DNA of 63,489 bases, filler included, from Lenisia limosa (taxonomy: Eukaryota > Protista > Breviatea): assembly GCA_001655205.1 (NCBI GenBank). It is 13 parts of 13 records of this genome, joined end to end, with 100 filler letters (N's around TTAATTAATTAA, not from the genome) between each part and the next. Parts side by side here need not be neighbours in the genome. Positions count along the whole stretch, not along the records: positions 1 to 1,844 come from LPNZ01005887.1; positions 1,945 to 6,525 come from LPNZ01005758.1; positions 6,626 to 23,236 come from LPNZ01002663.1; 10 more parts are not named here. The stretch is one strand, 5' to 3'. Under the pieces are notes generated by a model. It saw only the letters and a program-made list of their open reading frames with translations, was not told where the DNA came from and searched no databases. Position numbers and translations under genes: made by a program. Positions 1-12,200 of this stretch are shown here, piece by piece (positions within the stretch are counted from its first letter, which is position 1; the number at the start of each line of letters is the position of its first letter).

Positions 1-179
1 CAGAGGGGAGATACTTATTTTGAATGGAAAACAAAGGAGAGAAAAAAACCCTCGGGAGTAAAACGAAGGAAATTTCCATGAAGAATATTGGCGTGAATGT
101 ACTTTTCACGAACGGTGGAAAATAAATAATAATATTGCATATTTTTAAAAAAACACTCACAAAATTCTGAGCCCCTTAC

Positions 180-985
180 GTTCATATAGTTTGGCACATT
201 GGAAATGTTGAACATGAACAACCAGCGAGCACCGGCCAAATCCTAAGGGATGTAAGGGGGGATCCTGAGTCATGTGAAAGCAATGTGAAGGACGGTGACG
301 GTTTATCCTCAGGGATGTAAGGGGACGGTTTGTATTATTAATGTAAAAATGTATAATATTATATTCTTGAGGGGGATCCTTCGTGAGGAGAATGCAAAAT
401 TGAAATATCTTTTTTTCTCTCTTCCAAAATCATCTGTTGGCAGCAGTTTCTTTGATAGTATCGAACACTCCCCTCTCTCTTACCACTCTCTCTGCCTCCA
501 TAGGCTTAATAACGGTTCCATCCAAGGCCTGCAGGTGAACGGCCTCGGCAATTTCGACCGGATTTGTAATGAGATTTCCGTCAGCATTGTGCAGAGTACC
601 TCCGAACGACACCTTGGGAGAGGGCGTAAAACGAAGGAAATTTCGATGAAGAATATTGGCGTAAAGGTACTAATCACGAACCGAATAATCTGAAACTCCA
701 AACAAAAAACAAGCAATAACAAACACGAGCAACCAACTCTAAAACTAGACAAAAACCAGACGACAGTAACTATCAGCTTGAAACCAGTTAATGAGTGTAT
801 TGGGGACCTTGATTTACCAAAACAGGGAAAATATCGATATTTTCGAGGATTTATCGAGAAATTCAGTCTCGAACCAAAGTGAAACCCTGTTTTACCTCGA
901 TATTTAAGGGGCTGCTAGGAGACACCTGGTTCTCGAAAGCGGGGGAAACGGACCGAACAACTGCGGCCGCCTCAGCTGGCTGGAC
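180..985 (-). CDS. Unassigned multi-exon gene fragment (exons 985-896, 612-484, 242-180)
   Basis: Three phase-0 exons with AG/GT boundaries splice in frame to VQPAEAAAVVRSVSPAFENQVSPSSPLNIE-VSFGGTLHNADGNLITNPVEIAEAVHLQALDGTVIKPMEAERV-DLAGARWLFMFNISNVPNYMN. No family recognised. Confidence 0.6.
613..735 (-). repeat. Dispersed repeat B ending at an intron 3' splice site
   Basis: About 120 bp shared with 51-115, 24433-24465, 24625-24780, 25670-25790, 27098-27141 and 31645-31724 (…TTCGGTTCGTGATTAG…CCAATATTCTTCATCGAAATTTCCTTCGTTTTACTCCCC). Confidence 0.8.
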
Positions 986-1143
986 CTGCGGGGGTTATAT
1001 GGGGAGTGTTTATTCATGCATGTGTGTGTGCGTGTGAGTGAGTGAGTGAGTGTGTTAGGGACTGTTCAGGTTCATGAATTTACGAAAATTTTGGTAAAAC
1101 GTTCTCATTCGAGGCTAAAATTTTACGTAAATTAAGTAAAATT

Positions 1144-1238
1144 ATTCACTTCGGTTCGAAAAAAGACTGAATGTCTCGATAAATCTTCGAAAACTATCGA
1201 TATATTACCGATCTTTTTCGAAACGATGTGAAGTCCTA
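1144..1238. mobile_element. MITE family A (about 100 bp palindrome)
   Basis: TTCACTTCGGTTCGAAAAAAGAC...GATCTTTTTCGAAACGATGTGAA terminal inverted repeats with an ATATCGATA core. Confidence 0.8.
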
Positions 1239-1888
1239 CCCCCCACCCCAGTCATATATATAGTACCTAGGGCTTCCCTTCGATCNNNNNNNNNNNNNNN
1301 NNNNNNNNNNNNNNNNNNNNNNNNNNNNNNNNNNNNNNNNNNNNNNNNNNNNNNNNNNNNNNNNNNNNTTATCGAGGATTTATCGAGAAAATCAGTCTTT
1401 TTTTGGACCGAAGAGAACCCCTAATCACACGACCTCTCCCCACAGTCAGGCTCCAGCCGTAGGGGCGACAGTAGTCTCTCCGGGTGCTGCCTTCAGGCCA
1501 TGTAGCGTCCTGTCGGTTTTTGAGTAAAGTTACATGGGGAATGAGTGAGGCAAAATTTTCGAATAGTCCACTTACAATATCATATCATATAGTATGATAT
1601 ACGATATAATTGCATATTATTATACACTGACCGCGCGCGATGAGTCCTGAGAAATATATTGTGCTTTATCGTTTCCACCTCTACTTAGTCTAGTCTACTT
1701 ATCATACTAAACATACATAGTCCCTTTTAACTGCAAAACGACGATGATATGTTAACCAATATCCACTAGTGATATGAATGATCGTATGACCGACTTTCAA
1801 GTCGAAATGATGAACGAAGATAACACGAGGGTTCATCCCGAGTGNNNNNNNNNNNNNNNNNNNNNNNNNNNNNNNNNNNNNNNNNNNN

Positions 1889-1900
1889 TTAATTAATTAA
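1889..1900. other. Artificial assembly linker TTAATTAATTAA inside an N-run
   Basis: The same six-frame-stop palindrome sits inside N-runs at 1889, 6570, 23281, 25882, 29559, 32107, 51151, 52426, 55287, 58031, 59276 and 62426. Confidence 0.95.
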
Positions 1901-2107
1901 NNNNNNNNNNNNNNNNNNNNNNNNNNNNNNNNNNNNNNNNNNNNAACATTCTCTACTCAATAAATAGAATCAAAAGAAACAAATATTTATATATAATTAC
2001 ATGATATATATCATATAATATGTATATACATAACGACACAATTAATAAAATAACACTTGATTGCCCCCACTCTTTCCAAGTTCTTTCTCCTATTTCCTTT
2101 TTCAAAA

Positions 2108-5100
2108 TAAATACCACCGAAACTACAGCGCTCTCAACTAGCAAGCGGACTTTATTAGTGGGGTCCCTGGTGGTAACTCTCTGAAAAATCCCTCTATTTG
2201 TCAATTCACAGTATGATCATCATCCTACTTGTGTTTTAATTCGGTGTTGGACAGCCTTTAGCAAAACTGGCTTAGTCACTGATAGTTTCGACTCACCAAT
2301 GCTCTACTGGGTGAATATATGGAATAGAGATGTTAAATCTATGCTAGCTATAGTACATACTGAGATGAGCAATAAAACATATGAGAATGCCCCCAAAAAA
2401 GTGATAATCGAAAAATCCGGATCCAGAATCGAAATTCCTCCCAACCTTGGCAACTGCTTTGAGGTCGGGTAGCGCCAACAGCGGAAGTAGATCATTTAGA
2501 TCCTCGAATCCCGCATAGTCTAAATGATTAAAAATAGAGCTTCACTTCGGTTCAAAAAAGACCGAATTTCTCGATTAATCTGTATTGAGGAAGTCCCGCC
2601 TCCAACCTAATAAATGGGCGTCCTTAAGGTCCCGTAGGCCTTGTTCCTGGTCAAACTCCACGTAGGACAGCTTACTCACCGGCAACCACTGAATCAGTAA
2701 ACAGGGGAAGTATGTATTTATTTGTTTCCTAGATATCTAATGGTATATATCTATATATATAGTAGCATATCATATATCTATATGTACTATGTATATTATA
2801 TCTTATTTCTTTTGTTTCAAAAAAAAGGACGGGTAATTTATAGGTCTACGTGCAATTATTGAAAAATGAAGTGAGATATTGTAATAAAAACTGAATTTCA
2901 GACAAATTTCAAATTAGGAATTCTCCACAAAAAAGATCGGTAAACTATCGAAATATAGATAGATTTACCGAGAGATTCAGTCATTTTCTGGATCTTAACT
3001 CTAAACAAGATGGAAAGATATACTTGATAGTATTATAATAACATTTCACCCAATCATTTACCCTGTACGCAAAATACCCACCTGGGCCTTTCTTGAGAAC
3101 AAACGAACAAACAAACGTCGTCCTTCTTCTGACAGACTACTATAAAAGGTTAGATACCTTGAGAAATAAAGATGGGTAAGATACAGTATGTAGAGATGAG
3201 AAACAATCAGAAAGTCTCAGGAAAAGACATCTACAAGAGAAACTCTAAATCAGTAAAGGACGTTGTGACACTCTTGTCCAATAATATGATATTTACTTTT
3301 AAATTCCAATTGGACCATTATAACAACATTACATTGCTTCCTCAGAACTTACATTAAGTGTAGCAGATGTGAAAGCTCCTTGGCGGTGAACATGGCAGTT
3401 TCATGCACCACCGAGTCAACAAGTACCTATTTGGTAATAATAGCTATACGCATACACAAAAAAAATCGTAGCAAGTCACAAAAGCTAGACTATCCACAAA
3501 TGTAATTAGAAACAAATATTCATAAAGTTCAGCAGAAAGATGAAGAAAACAAACCTCCATAAAGTTGAGTAGGTAGTAATGCGGCCCTTTGCCATGTGCG
3601 GTTCTCTAAACACGTCAGATGAATATAGAGCAAGAAGGCCATCATTACAGACTTGGTTGTCTAGCAACTGTGAGGAATATGGTAAAGAACATAAGTGACT
3701 TATGGATATATTAAACGTTGGGAATATATTTGAAACGAAGTTATTATGACAATTTACGTAAGCGTTGAATTGAAACTTTGAAAGGAATTCAATCATCATA
3801 TCACTTTATGGGTCATTTTCACACGAGTGAACTACCATTTAACATCCCCCCCCCCCCANNNNNNNNNNNNNNNNNNNNNNNNNNNNNNNNNNNNNNNNNN
3901 GTTTCTAACAGCTTTTCTACTAGCAGTTGCTTGATTTCTTGACCTGATGGCGGCCTACTGAGTCAGGGCACATGTGTAAACAGCCATATTCCCTCCTTTT
4001 ATCTCGAGCCTGATACAAACTATAGTATAGAAAATATCCATATTATCGAAGATTTATTGAGAATTCAGTCTTTAAAGGACACAAAGCATGTTGATAGTCA
4101 TCAACTAAATGAAAGTGAAAAAAACACTTTTTCTTTCTCAATGTTAATATTTAATGTGGATAATTCTTGCTCTGAAATACTCACTCTCATAGAGGCTTCC
4201 TAAAATCAGTTTAATATGAAATATCATCAGAATACGCCACCACCCAAATAATCCCGCCAAAATAAAAATAACAAAAAAAAAAACAAAAAAACAACCAACA
4301 CTCCTCTGTCTATTACCTCACCAACCCCTCACAATTTTGCATTGGTTTCTTTACTTCTCAGGTTTTGTGTCTCTTAATCAGTCAGACGTTAATGGTTACA
4401 TACAATCTGTAGCTTTTATGAGATACTAAAAATCAATTGCGCAAGTAAACCAACCTTTGTGGACCACAGCTAATGGGATTGGAGAAGGAAAGACTTTGGG
4501 GAGGAATTCGGAAACAAGAGATTCGGGAACAAGAGATTCGGGAATGGTTGGAGGAAGAGCTTGGGGAAGGGGTTCGAGAGATGGTGGAGGAAGAAGAGGC
4601 AGCTTGTTGCAAATATTTGAGGGCAAGCTGCTCANNNNNNNNNNNNNNNNNNNNNNNNNNNNNNNNNNNNNNNNNNNNNNNNNNNNNNNNNNNNNNNNNN
4701 NNNNNNNNNNNNNNNNNNNNNNNNNNNNNNNNNNNNAATAGTCGGGCTTGGAAGTATGGGGCTTTGGGGGCACTGCGAGGCAAAAATAACTTCTTCTTCA
4801 TTATCACCTGAAAGGAGATGAGAACATTTCTGCTGTATTGCGCATTATCAGCTTAAAACAAGTTATAGCTGCAAAACCTGGCTTGGTTGAAGGACAAAAA
4901 GAACAGTAAAAGATCGTAACTTGGGTAATTCAGGTTTAGTGTATTAAAAGTAATTAGTAGTGACATATGTAAGTGAACAACAATTACGATTTTCATACCG
5001 GCCACAAATAATTTTAGTAAAAAGTTGACAAAAGACGACGTCACTAAAAGTTGATGTTCGGCTATCGAATGTCCATGACAGTTTCCTCAAACTCCACTCC

Positions 5101-5790
5101 CCTCCTCCACCCAGCTATTCTTGTATATTTGAGGCTTCAAGATCTACCGCCAACACATGGAGCAAACCTTCTCTTTTTAGGATTACTTCTCCGCCTTTTG
5201 AGGGAAGAGTAACTTGGCCATCCTTTGGAGGAGAGTATTCTGACGGAGAAATGACTGGTTGATGATTTTTCCCATGTGACGCCAGTGATGGAATAGAATA
5301 GACTAATGGGGTCTATTTTAGAGAAAATAGCAGGAACAACTCAAGCCAAGTGGAAACCTAGATAAAATTTGTTACCAGATTTTAATTGATGAATAATAAA
5401 TACTCTTTCAATTGAACCTGCTTGTTCAATTTCCTGGTCTAAATCACTTTAACTCTGTATCGTGGTATATGATGGTAGCATACAATACATGCACATACAC
5501 ACAAAAAAAATTGAAGCAGATATAAAATACCCCCACCAGTCGTGGCTAGTTCACTTTGGATAAAACTACATGATATTCTTTGTGAAAAATAGCACTTTTT
5601 ACCTGCAATATTAAATATTTCCAAGAACAGAACTCAAAAGTATTAACACCCCCCCTCCCCGCACCATTACCAACCTTTCTTTTTCTTCCTTTCTTTCAAG
5701 GGCCATCTTCTTCTCGAGGGTTCGAAATCATCATCAGACGAGCTTGAGCTTCGCCGCAAATTGCTAGGGTAGACCTTCTGAATAATATCA
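2108..5790 (-). CDS. FAN1: Fanconi-associated nuclease 1, N-terminal/winged-helix/SAP part; TPR and VRR-NUC parts not seen (linker gap at about 1889)
   Basis: Spliced exons (about 3610-3555, 3426-3353, 3140-3083, 2692-2611) give GPHYYLLNFMEVLVDSVVHETAMFTAKELSHLLHLISLSEEGRRLFVRLFSRKAQWLPVSKLSYVEF, matching FAN1 'HPYYLRSF...[27 protein letters not shown]'. DLLPLLALPDLKAVAK (about 2490-2445) matches the SAP motif. 5' limit approximate. Confidence 0.85.
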
Positions 5791-6404
5791 ATGTTCTGTA
5801 AAATGTCAATCTTGTAAAATGCCTATAAATTCTATTAAATGTCAATTTTAAATGCCAATATTCTGTAAAATACTAATATCTGTAAAAATGGCATTAGGGT
5901 TGACTGTATATAGTATGATATATATCATGCTTTGCTGGAGTCCTTCTGTATAATGCCAATAAAACACAAATTGATTAAAATCCTCTTATATATGATATAT
6001 GATATATTGTTTCGGACTCCGTGAAATTGAAAAATTAATTGCAAATGAAGTGAGATTTTATACTATAATACAGACTAAATTCCAGACAAAATTGGATTTT
6101 GTCAATTAATTTCTTCAAAAATTAATTTTACAGAGTCGATATGCTGCACCTCCATGCCTCTTACATTATTTGAAGATACCAGCGTCCGAGAAGGAAAATC
6201 CCTGGTACTGTTGGTCGATATAATGCCACCACTGTTTCGGTTCTTCTAATCAAATCAAATGAATAATAGAAAAAACTCAAAAAAAGTTTTCTCTATTCCA
6301 AATGAAATGTTTCGGTATCGAGAGGATGTATCTTCATTTATCGAGATATATCAACGATTTATCGAGGATTTATCAAAGATATAGGAGGATATATTGAGAT
6401 TTGG

Positions 6405-6500
6405 GCACATTTCTGTTCGAAAAAGATCGACAAAATATCGATAGTTTTCGATGATTTATCCATAAATTCAGTCTTTTTTTCGAACCGAAGTGAAGTCCTA
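6405..6500. mobile_element. MITE family A
   Basis: Right TIR GTCTTTTTTCGAACCGAAGTGAAGTCCTA; left TIR degenerate. Confidence 0.75.
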
Positions 6501-6625
6501 CCCCCACCCCAACCATTTATTTCGCNNNNNNNNNNNNNNNNNNNNNNNNNNNNNNNNNNNNNNNNNNNNTTAATTAATTAANNNNNNNNNNNNNNNNNNN
6601 NNNNNNNNNNNNNNNNNNNNNNNNN

Positions 6626-8912
6626 CTTGGTAGCATCTACTCTTTCCACCGCCAGTGGGCATGAGACAGAACACATCCTGAAATGTCAGGGTCTAGTACC
6701 ATGTCAAAAGTAATTATAACATGAAATAATAACGATGATGGTGATATGCTTATTATATCTGAAGTTTTAGTGGCAATGATCGTATGTTATATATGGTTAG
6801 AACCGCAAACATGATTTAAACCGCGGACATGCTTAAGACCGCGAACAAAAACTGCGGGCTTCTTTCTTTTATTATTTTATTACATTTACCCCACTCCCCC
6901 CTACGAAGCCGGAAATAGTGGCATTAATGACTTCCGTTTGAGTTTCTCTGAAGGTGACTGAACCGAAAATGTCCGCGTTGACATGGCTAGGGGGAGAAGT
7001 AAAATTGGAAAATTTATGAAACAAAAGTTACACTAAAAACAATAAGAATAATAATCAAAACAATGTATGAAAGGTCATTGCTTCCCACCCCCACTCCATT
7101 GCTTCGCTCCAGGGGAAGTTGGTCCGTGACCAGTCTGTGTGTTTCGAGTCTGAATGGTGATGTTCATTCGTTTTCTTAGATGTAAAGATTATGTTATGTG
7201 GAGGAAACAAATGCACATTGGGACCATACCTCAAGTGAAAGCAAAGCCACCATCCTGAACCCCCCCATCCCCCCTAACAAGACTCCTTGTACTCCTGGGG
7301 GTCAAAAACCATTTGGCCATCATATTGTGAGAAAGAGTGTCGTCGAGCTCCTAGGTTGTGTTAAGGTGGATCAGTCGTTGTTTTATTTTGGCAAATAAAG
7401 TGGAACTGTGTGTGCAGTTTTAAAAAAGACCTTTCGGGATAAATCCACAGGGCTGCAAAAATGTTGCAAAGCAAAATAGCGACTGGACCACCTTTAGTTT
7501 CGTTTTTGAACAAGCAGAACAGAATACAGAGAAATAGATTATACTCAAAGAATGCAGTCTTATTTTATTTCTCAAATCTTATCTTCATAGTATTATATTG
7601 AGTTTTTTTTCTAAGAGAATTAGGGCGGCTATCACGTCGCAGTTGTATTGAAAACTATCAATATTGTAACGGTCTTTTTTGAACCAAAGTGAAAATCTAC
7701 TTATCATGGTCACAATGTTATGAGATCACAACCAACCAGAGGAGGCACTATAGGCGTCATTCTCATTGAAGTTGTCTTTATTTCTATAGCCGCCTTCGTA
7801 GGCACTGAAGCCCCCATTGCCCAATGGCGGACTGTTACGGTCCTGGTATCCGCCTCCGAATTCAGAGGGGGGAGCGTCCAGGGCGAAGGCTCCGTTCTGC
7901 AATGTTAGTGGGGAACTAAATTAGTGTGAGATATATTATGTACTATTCATTTTATCGTTGTTATTTTCCCATGCTTTGTGTTTAATTTTACCATGAGTAT
8001 CATTTAATAGTATACTCCAATCACTATATCTTACTCTAGCTAGTTAGGCGTTTTAATATTCATATAATAATTCCTGTATCTTTAGTTTGTAATCTCTCTG
8101 AGAAAAAAAACTAAATATAATACAATATGAAGAAAGGATTTGAGAAATAAAATAAGACTGCATTCTTTGAGTTTTAATTTTTGACAAGGCGAATATTTTA
8201 ACAAGAACAAGAATCCCTTTTCAGACTTTTTAATTTCAAATTTCATTAAATTATTTCTTCAATAAAATATTGGTCATGAGACTTACACGAACTGTTTTGT
8301 TCTAATATACAAGAAGTCGTTTCATGAATCACGTAATGACACGAAGGCCTAGCGTTTAGCCCCCCCCCCCCCCNNNNNNNNNNNNNNNNNNNNNNNNNNN
8401 NNNNNNNNNNNNNNNNNNNNNNNNNNNNNNNNNNNNNNNNNNNNNNNATGATAGGGCTGAAAAATAAATTGGACTTCAACCCGATCCAGAAAATGAACGA
8501 AACCTCATCAAGGGGCTTACTTTTGATTACCATTTTGGTAGTTGTTATTTGGGGGGGTCTCTCGAGGAATATTGTCGAAGTTGCCATTGTGCGCATTCCC
8601 GTTTTGGAAGTTTTCCATTTGCGGCACCATGTCAGCCATTTCACCAAAACTGTCCTCATTGGTCGGCTCATCGTCAAACAAATCTTCATACACGTCCCGC
8701 CTGCCGCCTTTCTCTTCTTCGTCATTAGGAAGGCTCGCGAAGCCACCAGAATGCTTGTCTTCACCCCCGGGTTCCTCAGGGTACTCCTGCATCTGATCCT
8801 GGAATTCAGAGTCCTGGTCCGGATAATATGCCTCCGCGTCCTCAATCATGGCGTCTGCGTCACCTCCCCAGTCGTCTTCGAAAACGTGGTGGAATTGGTT
8901 TGGAGAGGCCAT
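6626..8912 (-). CDS. RecQ-family DNA helicase (BLM/RECQ4A/RECQL-like), N-terminus to motif I; truncated at linker gap 6570
   Basis: Acidic first exon from ATG 8912. Downstream exons splice to WSRTNFPWSEAMDHVNADIFGSVTFRETQTEVINATISGF (6986-6905) and DVFCLMPTGGGKSRCYQ (6677-6626), the RecQ motif 0 and Walker A. Confidence 0.9.
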
Positions 8913-9241
8913 GCTACTAATATTAATAATGTTACTCGTAAGACTAATTATTATTAAGACGTTATTAACAATCGCAAACACAAGATGGATTTAATAGGCT
9001 GGGTTAGATATAAGTATCACCTTTCATACGATATGTACATATAATAAGTCCATATGCTCTGAGGACATGGATTCATGGTAATTATGTTGTTAGCATCTTG
9101 ATGTATTTGTGTGTATTTTTAGACTATATCTTGGTGATTTTCCACAAATTACACTGACCCCCTCTCCCCCCCCCCCCCCNNNNNNNNNNNNNNNNNNNNN
9201 NNNNNNNNNNNNNNNNNNNNNNNNNNNNNNNNNNNNNNNNN

Positions 9242-12200
9242 GAAGCTCCAGGGTATGGTGGCGGTTCAGCACATATTTGGCGAGGAGAGGCGTTTGCCTG
9301 AAAGTGTGCACAATTAACACAGGTGTTGAAGGTCAGCAGTTATAGTAAGAGGAGGAGACAATGAGGGTGTGACACAATGGAAAGAGAGGGAGAATGTACT
9401 GATATTAATGTAAACAGGCGGAAGGGTTAGTGGTAAACTAGGGCTTCCCAATAGTCCCCACAACTATTGAATTTCTCGAAAAAAAAACACCATAAATATA
9501 AAAATTTTGACAGCAACATACCCACGAAGCAAAAAAAAGACAAGCAATACGGCCTTTCTTAGACCTATGCTAGACTTATGCATGGTATCAGTATGCAATT
9601 CGGATCACAAGATAATATATTTAATGAACGTTACTGGCTCTAGAAAAACAATCCCCCAAGCCCACAATGGGAGTAACGGACGGGGTCGAAGAGAAGGAGA
9701 AGCTTTGCTGACCACTAGGCTGATACAAAGTCTGTATAGTTAGTAAGGTTGATATGGTGTCTGAATATCTAGCGATGGGAAATAAAAAATAAGGCTGTAT
9801 GTCTGAATAGATAGTTTGGCTGATATGAAGTCTGAATTTCGTGATTGTCTGATAGAAATATATAAAAAAAAATCACATATCCAACTTGGAGAATTGACGG
9901 CTGTTGAACTTCTCTTGGTGACATATTTTGCCCAATGTTTGGTGACATATTTTGCCCAATGTTTGATGACATATTCTGTCCCATATTTGGGGTTGACGGA
10001 GTATAGGCAGAGGATTCAGGGATTGAGGAAATGGCCGAAGCTGTATTGTTAAAAGCTGCTGCTACTTAATAAGGAAAATACATAGATACGAGAAAAAAAA
10101 CAAGGTTTTGGCTGATGTCGATATCATATCGTAAACGAATCAGTATAATCATACTTTTTAAAAACTGTTTTTCAACAATAAACTATGTTTTTAAAACTCT
10201 TTTTGCCCAAAAAACCCTCGTGCTCACCGATACTGAAATCATGGTCAATCACCATACTCGGGTGGGCGTTGAGAAAACCGGCCGTGTGCCTAAGAACATC
10301 GGACCACATTGCAAGCAGCTGGCTGTCTCCTGGAGTGGCCTTCTGCAAATTGTCAAGGTATGGATATGTCCTGACTATTTGAATCAAATACCTCATAAGC
10401 TTGGTGGTGTGGATGTTCGACCAGATACAATTAGTAGTATATTTAATTTCTCATAGTTTGAGGGTGGTTCTAAAAAGACTGAATCTTCGATAACTCTTCG
10501 ATAAATATCAATATTTTGATTGACTTTTGGAAACGGAATTTAAGCTGTATCATACACATTACCACTTACAGTGAATCCGAAAGGCGCATTTACGTTGAGG
10601 AAAGGCAACAACGGATAGTCAACTTTTGGGGGTGGCTGCTTTTCTGTGGGGTGATAAAACAAACATATTTACCTACAGAGAAAACCAGTGATGACAATAA
10701 TACTCAGTGATTATCATATAAAAAGGTGTACTTGTTCTCTAAAATCAGAAGCAGTACTCGTACCGGTTTTGGGTTTAGTCTCCATTTTTTCGAAGTGTAA
10801 CATCCGATTTGTTGCATTCGGTTCAAGGCATGGCTTGGGCCGTTGTGGCGGTACTTGTGATCCTGAGGAAAAGAGTAAGAAAACTTTTATGCGTTGTGAA
10901 ATTACAATCATCACGGTGTTGAATAGGGTTTAAATAAGAAAAAAATAATATTAGAAAACATGAAAATAAAACTGATTTGCTAATCCATGTACAATGTATG
11001 CAATCAGACCCATTTTTTCTTTCAGTAAATTCTCTATGGAAACAAGGATCACAGTGGTCTGTTCCCATACGTCTTGTTGGAGCCATAATGGGAATATCCT
11101 CCTCTTCCTCCTCAGACGCAGTAAACACTAAAACGGTTATAACTGATGATAACATGAACCTCCATCCTTTTAATAGTATTCCAAATCTCCAATTTTCTTC
11201 ACCCGCACCCTCCCCCACCAAAAGAACAATAACATTTACATACCAGGAATTTCCTCGATTTCTTCAGACTCATTATCATCCATATAGGACGCAACTGCAC
11301 AGTTGGGGGAGTCTTTGATTACCTAAAAAAAGGTAAAAAAAAAAAAAAACGATTTGTATACATCCCAAATTTTTTTATGGGCTTTACTCCACTCCGATTC
11401 AGAAAATGACTGAATATCTCAACAAATAGCATTGTATGTTTGTTTCGACAGTTTACAGATCGTTTTTGAGTGAAACTCTACTTCTATCTCATATTGTCAT
11501 CGACAATTCAGTTCTCAAGAACATAGCAAATAGAGTTGATCTTGTTTATTTATTTCATGAGTTTCCATTTTTACGTGTAAACTAAGATCAGACACTTAAA
11601 TTTCAATTTTTGTCAATTAGTATCTTCAAAAAAATTAAATGCACGGAGCCCTATATCTACCTTATTACCATATCCCTTTCATTTTGTTACTTTCCACTGC
11701 CCTTGTGGGAGGGGGTTGACCCATAATATGGGATTCCCAATGGTCCCAAAAATAGACTGAATTTCTCGATAAATCCTTGAGAAATATCGATATTTTACCG
11801 GTCTTTTTCGGACTGTAGGGAAGCGCCACCCATAGCGCACCTCTTCTGCAGTAGCGCTCTCCTCAATTGGAACGTCGTCTTCGCTTTCGTCACTTCCGTC
11901 ATCACTCGAAACCTCAATGGCTGCAGGTGAGCCCTGTTGATATAAATAATGTAAATACGGAAGATAAAAGTTGGTAGGATGGCGCTCATCATACTCGGGA
12001 TAGACGGAAGTCAGAAATTAACCCACCATCCCCCCCCCCCAAAAAAAAAAAAAANNNNNNNNNNNNNNNNNNNNNNNNNNNNNNNNNNNNNNNNNNNNNN
12101 NNNNNNNNNNNNNNNNNNNNNNNCCATAATACCCCCATATCCCCCCACAGATGCCTTCTCCGGCGGTGCATTTGTTGGAGCCTCCCACTGCTTGCGGAAC

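Noticed and set aside
430-484. Apparent non-canonical donor site after the ORF at 430-612
   Set aside because: A canonical GTAAG donor at 483 keeps the frame with the next exon.
2108-8912. FAN1 next to a RecQ helicase as a DNA-repair gene cluster
   Set aside because: The two are separated by the linker join at 6570, where RecQ is truncated, so the adjacency may be artificial.
8448-8957. 169-aa hydrophobic plus-strand ORF
   Set aside because: Antisense shadow of the acidic first exon of RecQ.
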